Shown piece by piece: positions 1 to 12,800 of a stretch of 64,000 nt of DNA. Under the pieces are notes generated by a model that saw nothing but the letters and a program-made list of their open reading frames with translations, had not been told where the DNA came from and made no database searches. A program made the translations under genes and the position numbers. Origin of the DNA: Somniosus microcephalus (lineage: Eukaryota); contig CM126232.1 in assembly GCA_052327205.1 (NCBI GenBank), positions 35,402,001 to 35,466,000 of the forward strand. Reading direction: 5' to 3'. The number at the start of each line of letters is the position of its first letter. Positions within the stretch are counted from its first letter, which is position 1.

Positions 1-483
1 GGAGACGAAAATCCCTGTGCACAATCCATGCTTGCAAGAGCTATTGCAGTGGAGTTTCAGCAAATCGAACTGGAACATAGCAGATAGGAGCAGGAGTAGG
101 CCATTCGGCCCCTTGAGCCTGTTCCGCCATTCAATGCGATCATGGCTGATCATCCAAATTCAGTACCTGGTCCCTGCCTTCTCCCCATACCCCTTGATCC
201 CCTTAGCCTTAAGGAATATATCCAACTCCTTCTTGAATATAATAGAAACATAGAACCCCCCACCCATGACCTGCGCCACTCCTCTCTCCCCCCACTCCTC
301 CCCCACCATCCTATTCCAGATCTGGACTCTGCAAAAATAGCGAGGAATCCAAGCTAAAAAATATGTATTCCCTCCTCGGTTGGGTCTCAAGTGAAGACTG
401 TTACAACGTGGGGGAGAGGTTTTAAAAGAGGTTCATTGACGACCTCTTACACTCCCTTTCACCTGTTGGGCGGAATCCCCCTT

Positions 484-489
484 TTTATT
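484..489 (-). terminator. Candidate polyadenylation signal of the lectin gene
   Basis: AATAAA on the minus strand about 180 nt after the stop codon. Confidence 0.55.
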
Positions 490-666
490 GGGCGGGGGTT
501 TTGTTGGGCTTGGCTGAGCATAGGTCAAGTGTGGGCAAGCCACTGGCTTGTTTATCTCTGTACAGAAAGTTAATTGGAATCGCAAGCCTTGGATGGAAGG
601 AGTTGCCAAACAGACTGAGCGTCGGCTGGAAGATTAACACTCTCGGGTCCGTATCCTCTCCTTCAA

Positions 667-853
667 TCAGTCAGTGGGTTCCGTAGCTTGACAAATGTGG
701 GCCTTCACTTCATTTAATATGCTAACTAAATATTCCAGCAACGTCATCTGGCAGATCCACTTGTAATTTTGTGTACACGACACGTTAATCCAGCTTCCAT
801 TGGGTGGTTGGTAACCGCATGCTGATGTCCCAGGATCACGGAAGGCTAGGAAC
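667..853 (-). CDS. Lectin CTLD exon 3 (terminal): [61 protein letters not shown]
   Basis: Acceptor ttttgcttctag, phase 2; C...GSW....C.....WICQ CTLD signature; TGA at 667-669. Confidence 0.9.
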
Positions 854-3800
854 CTAGAAGCAAAATCAACAGACCCTATTTAAATGTATGTTTCAACAAC
901 ATTGATGTCATTCTCTCACCTTGCCCTGCTGTCCTGGCCAATATTTTTCCCTCTCATTTGCTGTTTATGGGACCTTGCTGTGTACAAATTACATAGAATT
1001 ACACAGAATATACAGCACAGAAACCGACCATTCAGCCCAACTAGACTGTGAAAGAAACGCTCACATTTATGCAGCTCCTTTGATGGCCACCAGACGTCTC
1101 AAAGCGCTTTACAGCCAATTAAGTAATTTTTGTTGAAGTGTAGTCACTGTTGTAATGTGGGAAACGCGGTAGCCAATTTGCGCACAGCAAGCTCCCACAA
1201 ACAGCAATGTGATAATGACCAGATAATCTGTTTTTGTTATGTTTGTTGAGGGATAAACATTGGCCAGGACACCGGGGAGAACTCCCCCTGCTCTTCTTCG
1301 AAATAGTGCCATGGGATCTTTTACATCCACCCAAGAGAGAAGACGGGGCCTCGGTTTAATGTCTCATCTGAAAGACGGCACCTCCAACAGTGCAGCACTC
1401 CCTCAGTACTGCCCCTCCGACAGTGCGGCGCTCCCTCAGTACTGCCCCTCCGACAGTGCGACGCTCCCTCAGTATTGTCCCTCCGACACTGCTGCGCTCC
1501 CTCAGTACTGACCCTCTGACAGTGCAGCGCTTCCCTCAGTACTGACCCTCTGACAGTGCAGCGCGCCCTCAGTACTGCCCCTCCGACCGTGCGGCGCTCC
1601 CTCAGTACTGCCCCTCTGACAGTGTGACGCTCCCTCAGTACTACCCCTCCGACAGTGCTGCACTCCCTCAGTACTGCCCCTCCGACAGTGCAGCGCTCCC
1701 ACAGTACTGCCCCTCCGACAGTGCAGCGCTCACTCAGTACTGACCCTCCGACAGTGCGGCACTTCCTCAGTACTGCTCCACCGACAGTGCAGTGCTCCCT
1801 CAGTACTGCCCCTCCGACAGTGCCGCGCTCCCTCAGCACTGCACTGGGAGTGTCAGCCTGGATTTTTGTGCTCGAGTCTCTGGAGTGGGACTTGACCCCA
1901 CAAACCATCCGACTCACTGGTGAGTGTGCTGCCCACTGAGCCACTGAGCCAAGCAGAATGATACATTACCTTGGTGCGGTGTTAGCGGTAGTGCCATTGA
2001 CCAGTGTTGCCTTGCGTTGATCTCCAGTCCAATGCCTCGTGTTATTAATTCTCTTCTCAATGAAAGCCTGTTCATGGAATAAGTGCAGGGTTACTATCTA
2101 AAGCAGGGCTAGGCTGGTCCACTGAAGAGTAAAGGGTTGGATTTCTGCTGGGCGATTCTCCCACTCCTACGCCATAACGTCAACGCAAGATCTGTGGAAA
2201 CTCCAGGCCTGAGTAACAACATGAGTGCAGTGGGTGACATGAATCTTATCATTCATGGGAAATGATTTATGAAATGATACTGGGCCGCCTGCTGGTGGCG
2301 CTGTCCAGGGAGAGTATAAATACTCGGGCACGGGCCCAGCGTGTGCAGGACATTCTTTAACAGGAACTAGTGAAGGACACAAATACACAACAGAAAATGC
2401 TGGAAAAACTCAGCAGGCCAGGCAACATCCGTGGAGAGAGAAAATAGAGTCGATGTTTCGGGTGAAAACCCTTTTTCAAGATTAAAGAAGCACAGGGAAT
2501 GAAATAGATTAAGAGGCCGGGCTGGGAGAGAACAAAAGAGAAATGAAGAGACATTAAGAGGTATTCAAAACGAGATGAGATGGTGATAGGACTAGTGGAG
2601 ACAAAAGACGGCTCTAGATTAGGTGTGAAATGCGCTGGCAGAATGGGAGACAGCTGCCATGTGGGAGAGAGCAAAAAAAAGAAAGGGGGGGGGTGGGGGA
2701 AAGGCCAAAACAAAGGTGTGGATAAAAAATATAAGTAAAAATGTAATAGGGGCCGAGGTTATGATCTGAAATTGTTGAACTCGATATTGAGTCCGGAAGG
2801 CTGTAAAGTGCCTAATCGGAAGACACAACTAGATCTCCATGTTGGAAAACAGTTGATTAAAGCTTTGTTTAACACTCAGACCGAGTGCCTCGTAGTTTCC
2901 TTACATCAGTGGGTTTCCCCCCCACCCCCCCCCGGGATTTCCACTGAACGCACAGCGGACAAATGGAAGAATCCCCATCCTGAAATCTAAGAGCAGCCAA
3001 TATTCTGCTTAAATCTAATTGGTTTTAACATATTTTAACAAATAATCCTGTCACTTTTTGCGATGGCCTCATTGGCCCACCGCGAATCGTAGCTGTGTCT
3101 TAAGAACAACGTGCCTCAGATTGTGTCGCTCTGCTGACCCAACAAAAGGAAGTGCCTGCATTAAACTTTATATTCTTCAACAAAAAAAAAGGCTTATCGT
3201 TCGACATTGGTTGTATTTTCACCTTCGAGACCGGGTTCAAATCTAGTCCAGACTGGTGAAACGGAATCCCCCGCTATCTGTCCCGTTGCAAAGTTCTCTT
3301 ATGATTCACCAGAATGATATTTGTGCTAAAAGGGTTCAATTATGAGGACAGGTTGCCTAGAATGGGCCTGTATGTCCTTGAATATCGGAGATTAAGGGGT
3401 GAACTAACTGAGATGATTAAAGGAGTTGACAGGGTAGATAGAGAGAGAAACTATTTCCTCTGGTGTGGGGAGTCCAGAACAAGGGGGCATCACCTTAAAA
3501 TTATAGCCAGGCCGTTCAGGGGTGAAGGCATCAAGGGGTATGGGGAGAGAGCGGGAATATGGTATTGAGATAGAGGATCAGCCATGATCACATTGAATGG
3601 CAGAGCAGGCTCGAAGGGCCGAATGGCCGACTCCTGCTCCTATTTTTCTGTTTCTATGTAAGGAAGCACTTCTTCACGCTAAGGGCAGTGGAAATCTGGA
3701 ACTCTCTCCCCCAAAAAAGCGGCCGAGGCTGGGGGCTCAATTGAAAATGTCAAAACTGTGATCGATCGATTTTTGTTAGGCAAGGTTATTGAGGGTAACG

Positions 3801-6800
3801 GTACCAAGGTGGGTGGATGGGAGTTAAGATACAGATCAATCGTGATCTGATTGGATGGCGGAACAGGCTCGAGGGGCTGAATGGCCTCCTCCTGTTCCTA
3901 TGTTCCTAATACAGCTTGAAATGATCCAGTCCCAACTGGGCATATGCACAAAGCACAGCGCTAAACCCTAATTCAGCACTAACTGGCACTGTCCATCCAA
4001 GAAGCCATTGGTTGGCCAGAGTGGGAACTGCAAAATATTAAGCCAATGCAGTGTGATATACGCTTCCAAGATTGGGACTGAGAGATATTGTTGAAGACTA
4101 GAAGGAGTTAAAGTACATTGAAGAACATAAGAATTAGGAGCAAGAGTAGGGCTTATGGCCTCTCGAGCCTGCTCTGCCAATCAATAAGATCATGGCTGAT
4201 CATCGACCTCAACTCCACTTTCTCGCCCGATCCCCATATCCCTGGATTCCCCAAGAGTCCAAAAATCTACCGATCTCAGCCTTGAAGAGTCTTGCAAAGT
4301 GCACTCAACAAAATCCCGTCATGACGGTTCATCAGCAGAGTTGTGGAATGGACTGCTCCACACTCCCTCCGGTGGGGACATTAGCTATTGTAAAGGCTGC
4401 AGTGGCTGGATTTCCTAAACCTACTGCGTTACGTATTTCCCATCTCCTGTGAAAGTGCATCGCCATTTCAAATATGTACCATTAACAGGGCACTGTGGCG
4501 TGGTCGTACCTGCTCCTTCGCGTTGCTGATCACTGCAAGATGAAACCCTTCCGATCGACACGATTCATTTGCCTTGTGCCAGTCAGAGTAAGTCGATGAA
4601 AAGTAGTAGTACTTTCCATCAACGCAGTGCTCGTTTTCAGGACACTGTGCATCAAAGTTTCCTGGGGGAAAAACACAAGGAATCAGAAGGTTTTTTCAAC
4701 GCGTGATTGGTTTGTAGTGTACAACTGGATAATAAAATTTTAGAAACTGTACATTATGAGTTATTGCATATCACTTGAAGCTAATATTAATGGACAACTT
4801 TAAGTGTTTTGTATTCACATCTCAGATATAATCAACACTGATAAATGTGAGGTATTACATTTTGGTAGGAAGAATAGGGAGGTCACTTATCACTTGGAGG
4901 GTGCGAGTCTAGGTGGGGTAGAGGAACAAAGGGATCTCGGAGTACAAATACACAAATCACTAAAAGTTGTGACACAAGTTAACAAGGCCATAAAAAATGC
5001 AAACCAAGCACTAGGGTTTATTTCTAGAAGGATAGAATTGAAAAGTAGGAAAGTTATGCTAAACTCGTATCGAACCTTGGTTAGACCACACTTGGAGTAC
5101 TGCGTACAATTCTGGTCGCCATATTATAAAAAGGATATAGAGGCACTGGAGAGGGTGCAGAGAAGATTTACAAGGATGGTACCAGAAATGCGAGGGTATA
5201 CATATCAGGAAAGGATGAACAGGCTGGGTCTCTTTTCTCCTGGAACAAAGAAGGCTGAGGGGTGACCTAATAGAGGTCTTTAAAATTATGAAAGGTTTTG
5301 ATAGAGTGGATACAGAGAGAGTGTTTCCACTTGTGGAGAAGAGCAAAACTAGAGGCCTTCAATATAAGATAGTCACCAAGAAATCCAATGGGGAATTCAG
5401 GAGAAACTTCTTTACCCAGAGAGTGGTGAGAATGTGGAACGCGCTACCACAGGGAGTGGGTGAAGCGAATAGTATCGATACATTTAAAAGGGAGGCTGGA
5501 CAAGTACATGAGGGAGAAGGGAATAGAGGGTTACGCTAATAGAGTTAGATGAGGAAAGACGGGAGGAGGCTCGAGTGGAGCATAAACGCCGGCATGGACT
5601 GGAATAACAACAGAAAATGCTGGAAAAACTCAGCAGGCCAGGCAACATCCGTGGAGAGAGAAATTAGAGTCAACGTTTCGGGTCCCAGCCTGGCCTCTTA
5701 ATCTATTTCATTCCCTGTGCCTCTTTAGTCTTGATAAAGGGTTTTGACCCGAAATGTCGACTCTATTTTCTCTCCACGGATGTTGCCTGGCCTGCTGAGT
5801 TTTTCCAGCATTTTCTGTTGTTATTCCGGCATGGACTGGTTGGGCCGAATGGCCTGTTTCTGTGTAATAATCAGAGAAGCAAATGGTTTATGTACAGTTG
5901 AATGGATCAAGTGTGACTTCTCTGAGGATATTTTTGCCAAAAATTCACAACCAAATTCATCAATAGCAGCAACCAAAAAGAAAGACTTGCATTTCTATAG
6001 CGCCCTTTACCACCTCAGGGTGTCCCAAAGCTCGTTACAGCCAATTTTTTTGAAGTGTGGTCACTGTTGTAATGTAGGAAACGCGGCAGCCAATTTGCGC
6101 ACAGCAAGCTCCCACAAACAGCAGTGTGATAATGACCCAGATAATCGATGGATATATTGGCCTTGGAGGGAGTGCAGCGTGGATTTACCAGAATGATACC
6201 CGGACTCCAAGGGTTAAGTTATGAGGAGAGATTACACAAATTAGGGTTGTATTCCCTAGAATTTAGAAGGTTAAGGGGTGATCTGATCGAAGTTTAAGAT
6301 ATTAAGGGGAACAGATAGGGTAGACAGAGAGAAACTATTTCCGCTGGTTGGGGAGTCTAGGACTAGGGGGCATAGTCTAAAAATTAGAGCCAGACCTTTC
6401 AGGAGTGAAATTAGGAAACACTTCAACACACAAAGGGTGGTAGAAGTTTGGAACTCTCTTCCGCAAACGGCAATTGATGCTGGGTCAATTGTTAATTTTA
6501 AATCTGTGATTGATAGCTTTCTGTTAACCAAAGGTGTTAAGGGATATGGGCCAAAGGAGGGTGGATGGAGTTAGGTCGCAGATCAGCCATGATCTCATTG
6601 AATGGTGGAACAGGCTCGAGGGGTTGAATGATCTAACTGTTCCTGTGTTCCTAATCTGTTTTAATGATGTTGGTTGAGGGATAATTATAGGTCAGGGTAA
6701 ACGGGTCCGCACTGGTTCACTAATGTCCTTTAGGTGAAGGAAATCTGCTGTCCTTACCCGGTCTGGCCTATATATGACTCCAGGCCCACAGCAATGTGGT

Positions 6801-9800
6801 TAACTCTTAACTGCCCTCTGAAATGGCCCAGCGAGACACTCAGTTGTACCAAACCGCTGCAACAAACCACTGTGGGAGAACCTTCACCACACAGACTGCA
6901 GCGGTTCAAGAAGGCGGCTCACCACCACCTTCTCAAGGGCCACTAGGGATGGGCAATAAATGCTGGCCTTGCCAGCGACGCCCACATCCCGAGAACCAAT
7001 AAATAAAAGAAAATACACCTGCGATGTTAACCTCCTCTCTTTCTCTCTCCACAGATGCTGCCTGACCTGTTGAGCGTTCCAGCAATTTTGTTTCATCACC
7101 AGTAGCTCTCTGTACTGTTGAGAGACCAAAGGCCCCAGTGCAGAACATTGCCAGGGTTGGAAAGAGTGATAGGGAAGATAAGGTGAATCAGGCAGTACTG
7201 ATTAAGGGACTCCAAGCCTGAAGATGGTGGAACAACTTAGCAGAGGGGTCAAAACTAGGGGGCACAAATTTAAAGTAATTGGTGGAAGGTTTAGAGGGGA
7301 TTTGAGGGGAAATTTATTCACCCAGAGGGTTGTGGGGGTCTGGAACTCACTGCCTGAAAGGGTGGTAGAGACAGAAACCCTCATCGCATTTAAAAAGTAC
7401 TTGGATGTGCACTTGGGATGCTCTAACCTGCAGGGCTACGGACCAAGAGCTGGGAAGTGGGATTAGGCTGGAGAGCTCTTTGTTGGCCGGCGCGGACACG
7501 ATGGGCCGAAATGGCCTCCTTCCGTGCTGTAACTTTCCATGACTCTATGATTCTATGAAGGGAATGACTGCAGAGGGCAAAGAGTTCCTCAGTTCTGTGA
7601 TAACACAATAAGGTACAAGAAGTAACAGTGATGGGGCAGCAGGTTTTACCCTCCCTATTCCGCCTTTTAATTTTGTGTGTAAGGTAGGTAAAGTAATGAT
7701 TAAAGTAGCTGATGACTCGCATGTGAAGAATGGAAAGGTATTGAAGGTGTCGGCCGTGGCTCAGTGGGCAGCACTCTCGCCTCTGAGTCAGAAGGTCGTG
7801 GGTTCAAGCCTCGCTCCAGAGACCTGGGCACAAAATCTAGGCTGCCATTTCAAAGGGAGTCTTAGTCACAGAGTCATCGAGTTATACAGCACAGAAAGAG
7901 GCCCTTCGGTCCATCATGTCCGCGCCGGCCATCAAGCCCTGTCTATTCTAATACCATTTTCCAGCACTTGTTCCGTAGCCTTGTATGCTATGGCCTTTCA
8001 AGTGCTCATCCAAATGTTTCTTGAATGTTGTGAGGGTTCCTGCCTCTACCACCCTTTCAGGCAGTGAGTTCCAGATTCCAACCACCCACAGCGACTACGC
8101 TTCAAAAAAAAATTACTTCATTGGCTGTAAAGCACTTTGGGACGTCCGCTGGTCATAATATACCTGTCTCTTTGAGAGTCTTCCACAGATATAAGTCAAT
8201 AAAATTGGGCAGAGTGTAAAGTGCGCGCCTGACCCAAACCCACTGTGTTCCCTCTGATGGGGTTCGGTTAAAATCCGGGCTACACCGTTCTTCACTCTTT
8301 AGTGATGCTTGAGGGATAACTATTGACCAGGACACCGGGGATAACTCCCCTGCTCTTCTTCGAAATAGTGCCACAGGATCCTTTACATCCACCTGAGAGA
8401 GCAGACGGGGCCTCGGTTTAACATTTCATCCGAGCGATGGCACCTACTTCACTCCTTCACTCTTGGTTGGGGCAGTTGGTAGGGTCAGTCATTCCCTATC
8501 AGGAGTTTTTCCTCAAATCCCCTCTAAACTTCCTGCCCCTTACCTTGAAACTATGCCCCCTGGTTATTGACCCCTCTACTAAGGGGAAAAGTTCCTTTCC
8601 ATCTACCCTATCTATGCCCCTCATAATTTTGTATAACCTCAATCAGGTCCCCCCTCAGCCTTCTCTGCTCTAAGGAAAACAACCCCAGCCTTTCAGGTGA
8701 GATCCTGTCTACCCTCTCTGGTGGGCGTGAAGGACCCCCCCCGGCTGTACCTGAAGAGCAGGGGAGCTCTCCCGGTGTCCTGCTGAGCATTTGTTCACTC
8801 AACCGACACCACCAAAAAGAGAACATTTGCTCATTTATCTCATTGCTGTTTGTTGGGCCTTGCTGTTTGCAAATTGGCTGCCGTGTTTCCTTATGTTCCA
8901 AATCAGATTGCGCTTAAAATGCTTCGGGATGTCCCGAGGTCATGGATGGTGTCTATAGAATTGCAAGATCTTCCTCTTCATCCAACTGACAGTATCGCTC
9001 TACCTCAGGACTGCACTGGAGTGTCAGCCCAGATGGTCCCCTTCAACCCTAATCTGGGGCTTCAATCCACAACCTTCTGCCTCAACTGAGCTAGACTAGA
9101 ACCTGCTGTCATTTTGGGCTTCCCTTCCCCACTGGGTGCAGGCCAAGTAGAGATGGCGTTGTGTCTGGCGGGATTATTAGTAAGGCTGGTCAGGCTCTTT
9201 GATCCTTTCGGCTACCGCCGACGTCAAGTGCTGACTCAATGAGTTGCCTCCTTCTCCCTCTGCCCCAGCCCGAGTGTCCTGATAGGGAATGACTAACCCT
9301 ACCAACTGCCCCAACCAAGAGTGAAGAACGGTGTAGCCCGGATTTTAACTGAACCGCACCAGAGGGAACACAGTGGGTTTGGGTCAGGTGCTCACTTTAC
9401 ACACTGCCCAATTTTATTGACTTATATCTGTGGAAGATTCCCAAAGAGACAAGTATATTACGACCACCGGACGTCCCAAAGCACTTTACAGCCAATTAAG
9501 TACTTTTTTTTTTGAAGTGTAGTAACTGCTGTAATGTAGGAAAAAGCAGCTGCCAATTTACACACAGCAAGCTCCCACAAACAGCAATGTAAAAATGGCC
9601 AGATAATCTTTAGTGATGCTTGAGGGATAACTATTGACCATGACACTGGAGATAACTCCCCTGCTCTTCTTCAAAATAGTGCCATGGGATCTTTTACGTC
9701 CACCCGAGAGAGCAGACGGGGCCTCGGTTTAACGTCTCATCCGAGCGATGGCACTTCCGACAGTGCGGCACTCCCTCAGTAATGCCCCTCCGACAGTGCA

Positions 9801-12800
9801 GCACTCCCTCAGTACTGCCCCTCCGACAGTGCAGCGCTCCCTCAGTACTGCCCCTCCGACAGTGCAGCGCTCCCTCAGTACTGCCCCTCCGACAGTGCAG
9901 CGCTCCCTCAGTACTGCCCCTCCGACAGTGCAGCGCTCCCTCAGTACTGCCCCTCCGACAGTGCAGCGCTCCCTCAGTACTGCCCCTCCGACAGTGCAGC
10001 ACTCACTCAGTACTGACCTTTAAGGGTATGCACGGCCCATTCACAATACCATGCCTGTGCGCATTTTCCTATTTCGAAGCCAGTCAGCCGACTGCGAGGG
10101 AGCTGTAGAGCGCAGCACCGCCACACAGCTCAAAGGGAGCATTGGTCACTGTTGTAATGTATGAAATGAGGCAGACAATTTCAGCACAAACAGCAATGAG
10201 ATAACGATCAGATAATCTGTTCCGTTGAGCAAGGGATAAATATTGGCCAAGACACCGGGGAGAACTCTCCTGCTCTTCTTCAAATATGCCATGGGATCTT
10301 TTATGTCCAACTGAGAGAGCAGACGGGGCCTCAGTTTAACGTCTCATCCGAAAGACGGCACCTCCGACAGTGCGGCGCTCCCTCAGTACTGCCCCTCCGA
10401 CAGTGCGGCGCTCCCTCAGTACTGCCCCTCCGACAGTGCTGCGCTCCCTCAGTACTGCCCCTCCGACAGTGCGGCGCTCCCTCAGTACTGCCCCTCCGAC
10501 AGTGCGGCGCTCCCTCAGTACTGCCCCTCCGACAGTGCAGCGCTCCCTCAATACTGCCACTCCGACAGTGCAGCACTCCCTCAGTACTGCACTGGGAGTG
10601 TCAGCCTAGATTTTGTGCTCAAATCTCTGGAGTGGGACTATGAACACACAACCTTCTGACTCAGAGGTGAGGCTGCCACCCACTGATCCACAGCTGAAAT
10701 TTGTAAAGAACGTCATTCGCAAGGAATACAGGATAGAATCCTAGGCTACTCACCACTGAAGTTCAGTTGCTTAACAATATTACTTATTTCTTCCACTTTT
10801 TTACAATTTGCAGAATCTGGAAGGAATAAACAGATTAGAGGATATTATTCTCACACAAACATTCTCTCAATTCCCTCAATCATTCATTAAGTCCCAGCAG
10901 AGCTGAAGCCAATAAGGACCTTAATTAAAAAAACACTGAGTAAGAGAGCCAATAGAGGGTTGGAATCCAAGTCTCGGTTGCCATGTTTACATTCCAGACA
11001 TAGGGTAAAAAGTAAAGAAAGAGCTTGCATTACATACAGCACCTTTCACCACCTCAGGACGTCCCAAAGTGCTTTATAGCCAATGTTATAGCCAATGAAG
11101 TTCTATTGAAGTGTAGTCACTGTCAATGGTCCCTTTAATTTTTCTTGGGGTGTGTGGCCCCTTTAAGGGTCTGCGCAGCCCATTCACAATACCGTACCTG
11201 CGCGCATTTTCCTATTTCGAAGCCAGTGAGCCAACTGCGAGGGAGCTGTAGAGCGCAGCACCGCCAAGCAGCTCAAAGAGAGCATTGGTCACAGTTGAAA
11301 TGTGTGAAATGAGGCAGACAATTTCAGCACAAACAGCAATGAGATAACGATCAGATAATCTGTTCCGTTGATCAAGGGATAAATATTGGCCAAGATTCCA
11401 GGGAGAACTCCCCTGCTCTTCTTCAAATACGCCAGGGGATCTTTTACGTCCAACTGAGAGAGCAGATGGGGCCTCCGTTTAAAGTCTCATCCGAAAGACG
11501 GCACCTCCGACAGTGCAGCACTCCCTCAGTACTGCCCCTCCGACAGTGCGCCACTCCCTCAGTACTGCCCCTGTGACAGTGCGGCACTCCCTCAGTACTG
11601 CCCCTGTGACAGGGCAGCGCTCCCTCAGTACTGCCCATCCGACAGTGCGGCGCTCCCTCAGTACTGCTCCTCCGACAGTGCGGCGCTCCCTCAGTACTGC
11701 CCCTCCGAAAGTGCGGCACTCCCACAGTATTGCCCCTCGGACGGTGCGGCGCTCCCTCAGTACTGCCCCTCCGACAGTGCGGCGCTCCCTCAGTACTGCC
11801 CCTCCGACAGTGCGGCGCTCCCTCAGTACTGCCCCTCCGACAGTGCGGCGCTCCCTCAGTACTGCCCCTCCGACAGTGTGGCGCTCCCTCAGTACTGCCC
11901 CTCCGACAGTGCGGCACTCCTTCAGTGCTACACTGGGAGTGTCAGCCTAGATTTTTGTGGGATTTGAACCACACAATCTGGCTCAGGGGCGAGAGTGCAA
12001 CCCACTGAGCCGGTGGAAGGGAGGGAGTGATAGGTTCGGGAGTGGGAATATCACCACGGGAATGACTTACCGCTTTGTTTCATTGCTGAAGATGCCTCTG
12101 TTGGTGCCGGTGTTTTGGGATTAACTTCTGATACTGTTGAAACAAAAAGGCGATTCCAAATTATTTCCAGAAGGAAAAGCGTAGCAATAATTTTCACAAA
12201 TGAAATAGGTTGACAGGCAGATGAAGGCTATTGATCATCAACAACAACAACAACTTTTATTTATATAGCGCCTTTAATGTAGTAAAACGTCCCAAGGTGC
12301 TTCACAGGAGTATTATAAGACAAAAATTTGACACCGAGCCACATGAGATATTAGGGCAGGTGACCAAAAGCTTGGTCACAGAGGTGGGTTTTAAGGAGCA
12401 TCTTAAAGGAGGAGAGAGAGGTGGAGAGGTTTAGCGAGGGAATTCTGGAGCTTAGGGCCCAGGCAGCTGAAGGCACGGCCACCAATGGTTGAGTGATTAT
12501 AATCAGGGATGCTCAAGAGGGCAGAATTAGAGGAGCGCAGATATCTCGGGGGGTTGTGGGGCTGGAGGAGGTTACAGAGATAGGGAGGGGCGAGGCCATG
12601 GAGGGATTTGAAATGGGCGAACGGGACTTGGTGCGAGTTAGAACACGGGCAGCCGAATAAGGACCTCAATTAAAGAAACGCTGAGTAAGAGAGCCAATAG
12701 AGGGTTGGAATCCAAGTCTAGGTTGCCATGTTTACATTCCAGACATAGGGTAAAAAGTAAAGAAAGAATTTGCATTACATACAGCACCTTTCACCACCTC

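Noticed and set aside
7752-7845. tRNA-like sequence with A and B boxes
   Set aside because: Runs directly into SINE body sequence and matches the heads of the other SINE copies; not a tRNA gene.
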